Source: Pedosphaera sp. | GTDB taxonomy: Bacteria > Verrucomicrobiota > Verrucomicrobiia > Limisphaerales > AAA164-E04 | Reading direction: 5' to 3' | DNA length: 64,000 nt | NCBI GenBank assembly: GCA_002686885.1 | Contig: NYYT01000012.1 | Location: 84,161-148,160 of the forward strand | The notes under the pieces: generated by a model | What the model saw: the letters and a program-made list of their open reading frames with translations, nothing else | Told to the model about the DNA's origin: nothing | Database searches by the model: none | Part shown: positions 29,774 to 38,681 of the stretch, in pieces | Position numbering within the stretch: the first letter of the stretch is position 1 | How the letters are laid out: every line of letters starts with the position of its first letter | Made by a program: the position numbers and the translations under genes

Positions 29774-30594
29774 CGGGCTACGGTTTTCTTTTCCAGTTGC
29801 TTCTCCAAGGCCGCCTGCTGAGCAACACGCTTGTCCGAGCGTGAGGTTTTGACCAACAGTGTGCTTAGGATGGATCGCAATTCTTCACAGGAAAGCCCCC
29901 GGACCAATTTGCCCTCATGGGCGTATGAGATCATGCCAGTCTCCTCGGAAACCAAGACCACGACCGCATCGGTTTCCTCACTCAGGCCGATGGCCGCCCG
30001 ATGCCGAGTCCCGAGAGATTTCTGAAGATCCTGGCGACGGGTGAGGGGAAAAATGCACGCGGCCTGGGCAATCCGATCACCCTGGATCACCACCCCACCA
30101 TCGTGGATCGCGTTGTTGGGGAAGAAGATGGTTTCCAACATTTCCGGCGTGGCTTCGCAATCCACGGGCACCCCCTGCTCAATGACTTGTGAAAGATCGT
30201 GGTTTTGCTCAATGGCAATGAGTGCGCCTATCTTGACATCCGAAAGCCGGTCCACACTCTGAACGATGACCTCAATGGTCTCCCGCAATTCGCGAATGCG
30301 CGCAAAACTGGGTAAGTTCCCCAACCGAGCCAGGAGTCGCCGGATTTCAGGATGAAAGAGAATCAGGATGGCGTAAGCGGAGAAACCAAAGAATTGAAGA
30401 AGCATCCACTTGAGGACACTCAAGTCCAACAGTGCCGTCACCGCCAACATACCCAGAAGCACTAAAAAACCAATCAGCACGCCCCAACCGTGGGTCCGTC
30501 GCACGAACATCAAGACATAATAAATCCCAACAGCCAGGATGAAGATCTCAACCAGCGGGCGCCAAAGGGTTGACCAGGATGCATCTAAACTCAT
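29770..30594 (-). CDS. cdaA: membrane-bound diadenylate cyclase
   Basis: Three N-terminal TM helices followed by a DAC domain (HDGGVVI, LGTRHRAAIGLSEETDAVVVLVSEETG). Start placed at the ATG at 30594, which overlaps the folP stop as ATGA. Confidence 0.88.
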   Translation of the reverse strand: MSLDASWSTLWRPLVEIFILAVGIYYVLMFVRRTHGWGVLIGFLVLLGMLAVTALLDLSVLKWMLLQFFGFSAYAILILFHPEIRRLLARLGNLPSFARIRELRETIEVIVQSVDRLSDVKIGALIAIEQNHDLSQVIEQGVPVDCEATPEMLETIFFPNNAIHDGGVVIQGDRIAQAACIFPLTRRQDLQKSLGTRHRAAIGLSEETDAVVVLVSEETGMISYAHEGKLVRGLSCEELRSILSTLLVKTSRSDKRVAQQAALEKQLEKKTVAR

Positions 30595-31457
30595 GATGAG
30601 GGCAGCGCTTTCAAAACTTCCCACATGTCAAGTGCCTGAACCGTCTCCGCGACATCGTGCGTGCGAATGACTTTCACGCCTCTGTCCATGGCCCAAAGAG
30701 CACAGGCCAGGCCTGCAGGCATTCGCTTGGCAGGCTCTTTGACACCAAGCAGTGAACCAAACATGGATTTTCTGGAAACTCCCAGCAGCAAAGGCCGCCT
30801 GAAGTGACCGAAACGTTCGAGAGATTTCAGAAGCACCAGATTATGCTCCAGAGTTTTACCGAATCCAATACCAACATCCAGAACAACCTGTTGGTTTTTG
30901 ACTCCAGCCTGGTTTATTTGCTCCAGGCGCTGCGAAAAGAAGGTGTCCACCTCCTGCAATACGTCCCCGTAGCTCGGATCCCGCTGCATGGTCTGAGGCT
31001 GCCCCTGCATGTGCATGGCCACATATCCAGCCCCGGTTTGAGCCACCAGTTGCCACATGGCATCGTCCTGACGACTGGCTTCCACATCGTTGATGATGGC
31101 AGCACCTGCATCGAGAACGACCCGCGCCACCGCTACTTTCCGAGTATCGACACTGATGGGTTTGGAAGTCTGTCGGACCAACTCTCGGACCACAGGCAAC
31201 ACCCGGTGTACCTCTTGCTCTTCTGAAACCTCCTGGGCGCCTGGACGGGTCGATTCTCCTCCGATATCCAGAAGATCCGCACCTTGATCCACCAATGCCA
31301 AGGCGTGATCCACGGCTCGCACCGGGTCATCATACTGCCCTCCATCAGAAAACGAATCGGGAGTCACATTGATCACGCCCATGACCAACGGTCGCTGGAT
31401 GAAGTCCAAGGCATGCTCTCGGCATTGCCAGTTGTCTGCGTTTTCCTTGGCGTCCAT
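30591..31457 (-). CDS. folP: dihydropteroate synthase
   Basis: MGVINVTPDSFSDGG and DIGGESTRPG pterin-binding motifs. Confidence 0.93.
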   Translation of the reverse strand: MDAKENADNWQCREHALDFIQRPLVMGVINVTPDSFSDGGQYDDPVRAVDHALALVDQGADLLDIGGESTRPGAQEVSEEQEVHRVLPVVRELVRQTSKPISVDTRKVAVARVVLDAGAAIINDVEASRQDDAMWQLVAQTGAGYVAMHMQGQPQTMQRDPSYGDVLQEVDTFFSQRLEQINQAGVKNQQVVLDVGIGFGKTLEHNLVLLKSLERFGHFRRPLLLGVSRKSMFGSLLGVKEPAKRMPAGLACALWAMDRGVKVIRTHDVAETVQALDMWEVLKALPSS

Positions 31458-31476
31458 CAGCGTTGAAAAAGGGAGG

Positions 31477-32886
31477 TCATCGGGGAAGTCGTGTGGGCAT
31501 GTCTGCCACGATCCACATCATGACCGCAGAGGCAGCGACGCACCGATTGAATTCATCGCGGTCCAGTTTGTCGACCGTATCAGCGGCAGTGTGATGATAC
31601 CAAAAGTAACGCGTGCGATCGACATCAAGCCCCATGACCGGCACACCATCGGATACCAGGTGCATGATATCCGAAACACCTGCTCCCCACTTGAGGCGTT
31701 CGGCTCCCATATCAGAAAGCAGATGGCCAATGGCCTCGAGATACGGCATGGCCTTTTCGCTTCCCGTAAAGCTGAACCCTTCCGGCTCAAAGGTTCCAGC
31801 ATCCGATTCGATGGCAAGGACATGATTGGTCATTTCCGATGCATGCGCCTTCTGGTAGGCGCGGACGCCCGCCATCCCGTTTTCCTCATTGGTCCAGAGA
31901 ACGATCCGAATGGTTCGCCTTGGCTGTCCCTGTGAACGAAGGATCAGGCGAGCGGCTTCCCACATCGCCAAGCAGCCTCCTCCATCGTCCATGGCTCCCT
32001 GCCCCACATCCCAAGAATCGATATGTCCACTGACCAGCACCACTTGCTCGGGAAATTCCTTACCGGGAATCTCTGCCACGACATTCCGAGACAGGGTCGG
32101 CTCCAAGGTTTGCGCCTCCATTTTAAGTCGGACACGAACGGTCTCTCCACGAGCCTGCATGCGCTCCATCATGGAAGCATCCTCCAGCGTGATGGCTGCG
32201 TGAGGGATTTTGGGGACTGATGCCTCGTAGCTCATCATTCCGGTATGCGGCGTTTGCATGGAAAATGGGCCCACCGATCGAATGAGGCTTGCCACCGCAC
32301 CGACTTTGGCCGCCTCGATGGCACCGCGCACTCGGAAGACCACTGTCGCACCATAGTCCGTGAAAGGTGCGTTGAAGAGCACCACGCGACCTCGAGCCTC
32401 ATCTGCTTTTTCCTGCAAGTCCTCAAAGCTATTGACCACCAGGACTTCAGCCTCAATTCCATCTGTCGGTGTTCCGACACTGCCTCCCAGGCCAAGCATG
32501 GGGCACTCCCTGGGTGAAGAGGACAGCAGCAGCAGGGATTCGTTTCCACGAACCCACCGAGGGACCTCGACGGATTCTCCCCGGACATTGGAAAAACCAT
32601 CTTCGCCCATCGTCTGCAGGGCCCAGTCGATGGCTTGCTCCAGGGATTCGGATCCACTGAAACGAGAGCCAAATCGATCGCACATCAAGGCCAGTCGGTC
32701 AAAACCTGTCGAACTTTGGAGTGCCTGCTCAATCAATCTTTCCGAGGTGCTCCTGTAGAGTGGCACCAGAGAAGATGCCTGAGCTGGCAATGCCTGGGCC
32801 TGGAGAACTTGAATCTGACAGCAGAGCCCTAATAACAGAGTTATCTTCAGAAGATCAGGGCGCAAGGCTTTGGTGAAGGACAGCAT
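31477..32886 (-). CDS. secreted M28-family metallopeptidase (carboxypeptidase Q-like, with PA domain)
   Basis: GHIDSWDVGQGAMDDGGG and WTNEENG zinc-ligand motifs. Signal peptide from the ATG at 32886. Confidence 0.8.
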   Translation of the reverse strand: MLSFTKALRPDLLKITLLLGLCCQIQVLQAQALPAQASSLVPLYRSTSERLIEQALQSSTGFDRLALMCDRFGSRFSGSESLEQAIDWALQTMGEDGFSNVRGESVEVPRWVRGNESLLLLSSSPRECPMLGLGGSVGTPTDGIEAEVLVVNSFEDLQEKADEARGRVVLFNAPFTDYGATVVFRVRGAIEAAKVGAVASLIRSVGPFSMQTPHTGMMSYEASVPKIPHAAITLEDASMMERMQARGETVRVRLKMEAQTLEPTLSRNVVAEIPGKEFPEQVVLVSGHIDSWDVGQGAMDDGGGCLAMWEAARLILRSQGQPRRTIRIVLWTNEENGMAGVRAYQKAHASEMTNHVLAIESDAGTFEPEGFSFTGSEKAMPYLEAIGHLLSDMGAERLKWGAGVSDIMHLVSDGVPVMGLDVDRTRYFWYHHTAADTVDKLDRDEFNRCVAASAVMMWIVADMPTRLPR

Positions 32887-32978
32887 GCTTCCTTGTACCT
32901 TGTTCAGCCAAGGAAGGCAATGAGACAGCCGACAGTCCATGGTTGACAGAGGCCATTGAACCACTGCTTCCACGCGGG

Positions 32979-34292
32979 CTATACCAGATCCATCAAATGA
33001 TCTTTCAGGAACTTCCAGGCAGCGCCCTGCATGGCCTTACTGAATACATGCCCCACATCATGCTCCTGGACATAAAGGCGGTCGTCAAAACCGGCCTTCA
33101 CAAAGGCCTGACGCATTTGGGTGTAGGCGGCTCTGGCTCCTTCGTCCTGGAAGAACTGATCCTTACCGCCTCCAAGCACCATCATGGCACCGGGCATGGC
33201 CATGGATGCGAGGTCCGGCAGGTCCAGGTAACGCGTCATGCCTGGTATCAGCACCGAAAAACCCATGGTGAACTTGATGTCATTCTGGAGTTGATAGGGC
33301 ATGGATGTCATCCAGCAGGCATTGACCGTCGCCTTGATGCGATCATCCAGAGCCGCCAGCATCATCGCTCGCATGCCTCCGGTCGAGAACCCCACGCAAC
33401 CAATACGGTTTCGATCCACTTCGTCCCGAGTGTAAAGGTAATCCAGCGTGCGAACATCATCCCATGCGTTGATGCCTGGCCATGTCGCGCCGGCAGCCAG
33501 CAAGGTACGATCCAGCAAGTGTTCGTTATTGGATGAACGGATATTAAAGGCATTGACCTGTTCCGGAGGCAGATCACTGGCACGTTCCCACCAATCCTCG
33601 GAATCTCCATCCAGCATCATGCGACGATTTCCCCAATAAAGAGCATCGATCACCACCACCAGATAACCTTGTCTGGCGAGGTCAGAAGCAATGGATCGTC
33701 CCTCATAATACCGATCTCGATACTCTGTGATGACCGTATTTTCACCTGGCAGTGAGACCAACTTTTCCTTTCCCCAAAGGTAAAATCCGCCATGGTCGTG
33801 AAAACAAATGACCGCAGGAGTTCCCCGCTTTTGAGCGGTTTTGGGAACCAGCACAAAGGCGGGCACCGTGGTTTCCTGAGTCGAATGAAAAACCACCTCC
33901 TCTACCACGAAGTCGCCTTGATCGGTTTCTCCAATCACCGTCGCCTGGGAGGGCCAGGGGCTGGGTCGATAATGGAGCATTTCCATCAGACCCGCTCGCA
34001 CCCCCTGTTTCCAGGCAGTCAAGTCCTTGAAGACATCCTGGGTAAAGGCATAGGGAAAGAACGGTTTCCTGCCTATTTTGCTGACCGTCGCCCACATCGA
34101 CCCAATATCGGATTGATAGGTCGGACGATTCGAAGCCACCGGCACCGCAACGGTAAAAGGCGTGGATGCTGTTTGAGCCTGCCCATGGAAGGCCAAGGAG
34201 CTCCCGCTGACCAAAGCGCCAAGCTGAGCGAGAAAATGGCGGCGATCCGAACAATCGAGGATGGCTTTTTGAGAAGGATTACGAGATTTCAT
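32979..34292 (-). CDS. Tat-exported alpha/beta hydrolase (acetylxylan esterase / dienelactone hydrolase-like)
   Basis: RRHFLAQLGALV twin-arginine signal. Nucleophile elbow GFSTGG. HDHGG oxyanion-region-like segment. Confidence 0.6.
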   Translation of the reverse strand: MKSRNPSQKAILDCSDRRHFLAQLGALVSGSSLAFHGQAQTASTPFTVAVPVASNRPTYQSDIGSMWATVSKIGRKPFFPYAFTQDVFKDLTAWKQGVRAGLMEMLHYRPSPWPSQATVIGETDQGDFVVEEVVFHSTQETTVPAFVLVPKTAQKRGTPAVICFHDHGGFYLWGKEKLVSLPGENTVITEYRDRYYEGRSIASDLARQGYLVVVIDALYWGNRRMMLDGDSEDWWERASDLPPEQVNAFNIRSSNNEHLLDRTLLAAGATWPGINAWDDVRTLDYLYTRDEVDRNRIGCVGFSTGGMRAMMLAALDDRIKATVNACWMTSMPYQLQNDIKFTMGFSVLIPGMTRYLDLPDLASMAMPGAMMVLGGGKDQFFQDEGARAAYTQMRQAFVKAGFDDRLYVQEHDVGHVFSKAMQGAAWKFLKDHLMDLV

Positions 34293-34324
34293 GAAGCAGC
34301 CTTTCTAGGGCATTCTGGGAGCAA

Positions 34325-34492
34325 CTAGAGACGGTTGGTGTAGTAGATGAAGCCTCCGACCAGGGCAGACACCAGAATACCGACAACGATGGCCCACCGG
34401 ACAAATTGTTGGTGACGGCGACGGTTGCTCTTCCCCATGCCTGGCAACAGGTAATAGCGATGCTCTTCAGGGTTTTTCTTTTTCCAAAACAT
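34325..34492 (-). CDS. unannotated small single-pass membrane protein (55 aa from ATG 34492, or 37 aa from ATG 34438)
   Basis: My own translation of the minus strand gives MFWKKKNPEEHRYYLLPGMGKSNRRRHQQFVRWAIVVGILVSALVGGFIYYTNRL*. It has a strongly basic N-terminal region followed by a 20-residue hydrophobic helix. It is below the 60-aa cut-off of the ORF track and lies in the gap between the phoD-like and hydrolase genes on the same strand. Confidence 0.3.
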   Translation of the reverse strand: MFWKKKNPEEHRYYLLPGMGKSNRRRHQQFVRWAIVVGILVSALVGGFIYYTNRL

Positions 34493-34579
34493 GGATGGAT
34501 CAGGCGACTGTCTAGCTCCACGCCTCTGGCTTCATTTATGGCCGGGCCCCGAAGGACCGTCAATCCTCAGTGCTTTCGA

Positions 34580-36190
34580 TTAGAAAGAAAGTTCACTGAG
34601 ATGAACCGAATGACGGTAAACCTCTTCATCATCGATGGTGACAATCCGGTAGGTTGCTCGAGGATCTTTCAAGGTCGTTTCAAACTCCAGCAGACCAAAG
34701 GAGCGTTTGGCATTGTAGCCAAAAAGGCTCCCCTTCATCACGGGGTGAACATGAATATTGGTCAATCGAGAGGACATGAACTCGTAGAGCGGATAGCCTC
34801 CCTCAGCTTCAATCTTCCACAAATCAGAACGATGGCGATCGGCGGCCATGAGCAACACTCCCTCGATATGGTGATCTTGGATATGGGCAAAGATTCGGGA
34901 TCTCTCCTCGGGATATCCATCCCATGGATCACGACTTCCGGGTTTGACGCCTTTGGCAAAAGGAACTGGAGAAGCCAGGATTTTGAAGGTTCCTTTGGAA
35001 TGCTCAAGCGTCTTGAGCAACCAATCGAGCTGGGTCTGACCCAACATGCTTCGTCCAGAGGCATTGGTTGGATCTGTGCGGTAATAGCGACCGTCCAAAA
35101 GGATGAAGTGGACATCACCGATGTAGAAATCATGATAACATCCCGGGTTCTCCTGGCCCAGTCCATAGGCATGGTTGTTCCAGTTTTCCCTGAACACCTT
35201 CCACACCTCCCGCTTGAAGCGTGGCTGGTTCGGATCTCCACCATACCAGCAATCATCATCCCCAAAGTCATGATCATCCCAAATGGAAGCCACATTCACA
35301 TTGGAAACCAATGAGCGGTAAGGGGCGGAACTCTGTCGCCGGTAGTAACCGTAGCGCTGGATAGATGGTTTTTCCGGTTGATCCACATAGATATTGTCAC
35401 CCAGTTGGATGAACGCAATAGGTTGCCGGCTTTTGATGGTGGTAAAGACGCGTTCGAATTCAGGGGTGTAGGCAGCACCTCCCCCGAAAGCCACGGTGAA
35501 ATCCGATGGCCGATGCATCCTGGGAAAGGTCATGAAAGCATGTCCATCGGAAACAATCGCTCCATCCATGCGCACCTGATAATGGTACTTTTGACCCGGT
35601 TTCAACCCATGAATCTCCATGACTGCCGTATGGTCAGTCGAGGGTTGTGTCCAGACCTCGGGTGTGATCAGCGGCCTTTTTGGAAAACGCTCTCCGTCGG
35701 CTCGCAACAGCACTTCAACTCTGGAAGATTGGGAGGTGCGAACCCAGAAACGTGCCGAACGATCGGTAAGGCCACCCACCATGGGCCCGTGCAGTAGAAC
35801 AGGTATCCATCGGGCTTTTCTTTTTTGGAACGCATCAAAAGTGTAGAGCGGCTGCAGCAAATCCCGGGGACCCGCCAAAAACCGCTCGAACGGGAGCCCC
35901 GACTCCAGTGCACGATCCAAAAAAGAGATCGAATTGTCTGCATGACCAAGCCGGGCATGCGCGACGGTTAATCCAAACAATGCTTCCTGTCTGTCTGAAT
36001 CTGATGCCAGACGGTCTTCGTAATGCTTTATGGCCTTGGCTTCCTGACCTTCGTGAATCAGGATCATTTCCTCTCGCCCCTCCTTGTTCGCCCAGGGATT
36101 GAAAGACTGCCCCTCAAGGCTTCCAAGCCCACTTACCCATAGGAACAAGCAAATCTTCAGAATCCAACAAGTCGGTCGCTCCATCATCAT
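34580..36190 (-). CDS. PhoD-like phosphodiesterase/alkaline phosphatase with N-terminal TPR segment
   Basis: Metallophosphatase motifs (FGGGAAY, LGDNIYVD, WDDHDFGDDD). Signal peptide. FN3-like N-terminal PhoD domain. Confidence 0.8.
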   Translation of the reverse strand: MMMERPTCWILKICLFLWVSGLGSLEGQSFNPWANKEGREEMILIHEGQEAKAIKHYEDRLASDSDRQEALFGLTVAHARLGHADNSISFLDRALESGLPFERFLAGPRDLLQPLYTFDAFQKRKARWIPVLLHGPMVGGLTDRSARFWVRTSQSSRVEVLLRADGERFPKRPLITPEVWTQPSTDHTAVMEIHGLKPGQKYHYQVRMDGAIVSDGHAFMTFPRMHRPSDFTVAFGGGAAYTPEFERVFTTIKSRQPIAFIQLGDNIYVDQPEKPSIQRYGYYRRQSSAPYRSLVSNVNVASIWDDHDFGDDDCWYGGDPNQPRFKREVWKVFRENWNNHAYGLGQENPGCYHDFYIGDVHFILLDGRYYRTDPTNASGRSMLGQTQLDWLLKTLEHSKGTFKILASPVPFAKGVKPGSRDPWDGYPEERSRIFAHIQDHHIEGVLLMAADRHRSDLWKIEAEGGYPLYEFMSSRLTNIHVHPVMKGSLFGYNAKRSFGLLEFETTLKDPRATYRIVTIDDEEVYRHSVHLSELSF

Positions 36191-36320
36191 GTTTGGAGAT
36201 TAACACGACCATCGATCATCAGGCTGTAAAAAACACCCCGTCCAGTGAGTTAAACAGACCCCATAAGTCTGCATGACCGAAAAGATGACAAGAAGGGTCA
36301 TACACCCTGTTGACAATGAC

Positions 36321-36357
36321 TTTTTTGGCGGTTTTTGGACTGTTTTTGGTTTTTTTA
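36321..36357 (+). promoter_or_regulatory. four phased T-tracts (predicted intrinsically bent DNA) next to a consensus TTGACA, upstream of an orphan gene pair
   Basis: T6 at 36321, T5 at 36332, T5 at 36343 and T7 at 36350. The first three start 11 nt apart. TTGACA at 36310-36315 and TATATAGT at 36356-36363. Confidence 0.4.
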
Positions 36358-36432
36358 TATAGTATTCAATTAGTGAAGTTCACATTGGAGGGCCATCTTG
36401 GATCAAACCTCAACATAGAAAGGAATGATATC

Positions 36433-37377
36433 ATGCACACTCGTCCAAAACTCCAAACAAGCTCAACCAAAGCTTCTTTTTTCATTCGCGCACTCTTTTT
36501 GATGTGCCTTTACCTGATCACTCATGAGTCCAAAGCAGGTGCACTGGGCAACATCATGAAGTGGGTTGGGAATGAAATCTTTGAACTGGCTCTAGACGAA
36601 GTGGAGGGCGCGGCCTTGGACGCAGCACGGGACATGGTCACCCGTCATGGAACCCTGACCGTCGAGGTGGATGATCTGAAGTTCGATACCGCGCTTGCAG
36701 CCCAAAGGATTTATTACCGGGATGACTTGGCTGGCGCCCAATACACCCTTCAGCTTAATCACCTTCAGGGAGTTTTAATCGGGGGCGGAGGGGCAGGCGG
36801 TTTGCTTGAGCGTAATTTTAGAGCGTATGACTGGCTGATCACCCAAGACGGTGAAACCTCCCATCACTTTGGGCAAGACTGGGCGGGTTTCAATGAATTT
36901 GGGCAAAAGCAAGAGGAGGTTTATCGAGATTTCGGGTGGTTGCAGCAGTGGGAATGCAAGCACGCACTCACCACCAAAATGTCCAACACTGGCAAGGAAT
37001 CCCTCAAACTTCCCTACCCTGGGGTGCCCGATCACTTCACCATCCACATCCAATACAAACTGGCTGATTTGGTATACGAGGGATGGGGGCAAATCAAATC
37101 AACAGAGCGAGACAATCCCTCATTCAGGCAAGTACCGGTCAAGGCCACTATGCCCACCACAGTGACAAACATGGATTTAGTGAAAAAGGACAGCGAAATC
37201 ATCCAAGGCCCCATTGCACTCGGCAAATGCACACGCCGATGGGAGATGAAATTCGATACCTTTGACCTTTCCAAGGTGGGCTTGGACGGCACAGGTCTAG
37301 TCGATGAGTTGACGCGAATCTTCGTTGACGACTCCGAATGGACCGTCCGCCAGGAAATGGATGCAGGCCTTTTTTGA
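36433..37377 (+). CDS. secreted hypothetical protein (314 aa), no recognisable domain
   Basis: ATG at 36433 gives the signal-like FFIRALFLMCLYLITHESKA. A purine-rich AAAGGAA lies 10 nt upstream. The ORF-track start at 36310 is an upstream in-frame extension. Confidence 0.55.
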   Translation: MHTRPKLQTSSTKASFFIRALFLMCLYLITHESKAGALGNIMKWVGNEIFELALDEVEGAALDAARDMVTRHGTLTVEVDDLKFDTALAAQRIYYRDDLAGAQYTLQLNHLQGVLIGGGGAGGLLERNFRAYDWLITQDGETSHHFGQDWAGFNEFGQKQEEVYRDFGWLQQWECKHALTTKMSNTGKESLKLPYPGVPDHFTIHIQYKLADLVYEGWGQIKSTERDNPSFRQVPVKATMPTTVTNMDLVKKDSEIIQGPIALGKCTRRWEMKFDTFDLSKVGLDGTGLVDELTRIFVDDSEWTVRQEMDAGLF

Positions 37378-37456
37378 TTCTTGTGTTTGGATCCTAGGTA
37401 ACCACCCCAAAAACCATACCCCAGCAAGCGATTCGAATCTTCCGCCACCTTCCATC

Positions 37457-38449
37457 ATGCAGGATGCTTTTTCTCAAACCACAGCTCTGAAACGGAGAAT
37501 TCTGGCCATCACCGGGTTAGCCTTCTTGGTCCTGGCCGGGTGGCTTTGGCTAGGGGAATACCAGCACGATAAATCCTCTGGCGAGAAAGCTCTCGATGAG
37601 GCTGGAGTCAGCACATCCGAGCCCGATCCATTGGTGCCCAAAGCACAGCCTGCTGGAACCAGGCTCACCATGGGAATCAGAGAGGGCATTGAGAAAGCCC
37701 GATTGGAGGCTGAGACAAAGCAGCAGGCTCAGCGGGCGATCGATGAAGCCGCCGAGGCTGAGGCCAAGCGCCTGGCACACTGGCGGGCTCACTTCCCCTA
37801 CCCCAAGCAAACCAACTCCATCCTGGCGTATAACCCTTCTCGTTACGACGTCCTCAACCCGGAAACCTTCAACGACGACCCGGTGATGGAAAATGCGGTC
37901 GACGACCACGCGTTCATGACTTGTTTTTATAAAAACCCTCAGATTGACTGGCCTGAATTCGAGCAGCTCTATCATCTATTGGAAGCCGTGGACCGCGGCG
38001 ACAACCCACGGATCACGGCTGAAATCTTCAGTTGCCTCCAGCTCTATCACAAGACGGTTTACTACGGACGGGATGCCTTCGGGCCTAAGACACCGGAAGA
38101 GGCTTATGAAAGTTATGCCGACCCCATCGTGGGGATGCTAGTGCTGGACCGATACTGGCCGGACCGCCCCCCCATGAGTCTGGAAGACGCCCGTCAATAC
38201 CGGGATCGACTCCTAAAAGAAATCCCGCCTGATCGGCTGATCCCCAAACGCCAGCCAAACGAAGTCTTTGCCTTCGGCGACCTAACCATGGCAAATCTCA
38301 AAGCAGGAGATCCCCTGCTCACCTCCAACCCCAACATCCTCTATTACGGTCCCAGGTTCATGCCACCCAACCCAGAGGAGCCACCCCCAAAGCAGCAGGA
38401 TCATTTCATGGATTTTATCCGCTCGCAGGTCCCCAATCCCTCAGAATGA
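37457..38449 (+). CDS. N-terminally membrane-anchored hypothetical protein (330 aa), no recognisable domain
   Basis: ATG at 37457 gives MQDAFSQTTALKRRILAITGLAFLVLAGWLWLG (signal anchor). This is followed by a charged coiled segment (EAETKQQAQRAIDEAAEAEAKRL) and then a globular region. Confidence 0.55.
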   Translation: MQDAFSQTTALKRRILAITGLAFLVLAGWLWLGEYQHDKSSGEKALDEAGVSTSEPDPLVPKAQPAGTRLTMGIREGIEKARLEAETKQQAQRAIDEAAEAEAKRLAHWRAHFPYPKQTNSILAYNPSRYDVLNPETFNDDPVMENAVDDHAFMTCFYKNPQIDWPEFEQLYHLLEAVDRGDNPRITAEIFSCLQLYHKTVYYGRDAFGPKTPEEAYESYADPIVGMLVLDRYWPDRPPMSLEDARQYRDRLLKEIPPDRLIPKRQPNEVFAFGDLTMANLKAGDPLLTSNPNILYYGPRFMPPNPEEPPPKQQDHFMDFIRSQVPNPSE

Positions 38450-38681
38450 TGGGACCTCATGCCCATGCAGGCCGTGACCTCTCCATCAAAATCTCTGCAC
38501 CGATGGGTAGAATCATTCCTTGAAGCTTGAGCGTTTTTATTCAGTCTGGTCTACCTGATCCCAACACTGCATTGAGTCAGGCAGATCAGGCGCTTCTCAA
38601 TCAAGCTCTGCATGAGAATTGCCTGCCTTGTTGCCTTTCCTTGCCACGGGTAGGTTCTTCGTGGCAAATTCTCAGCATCCC

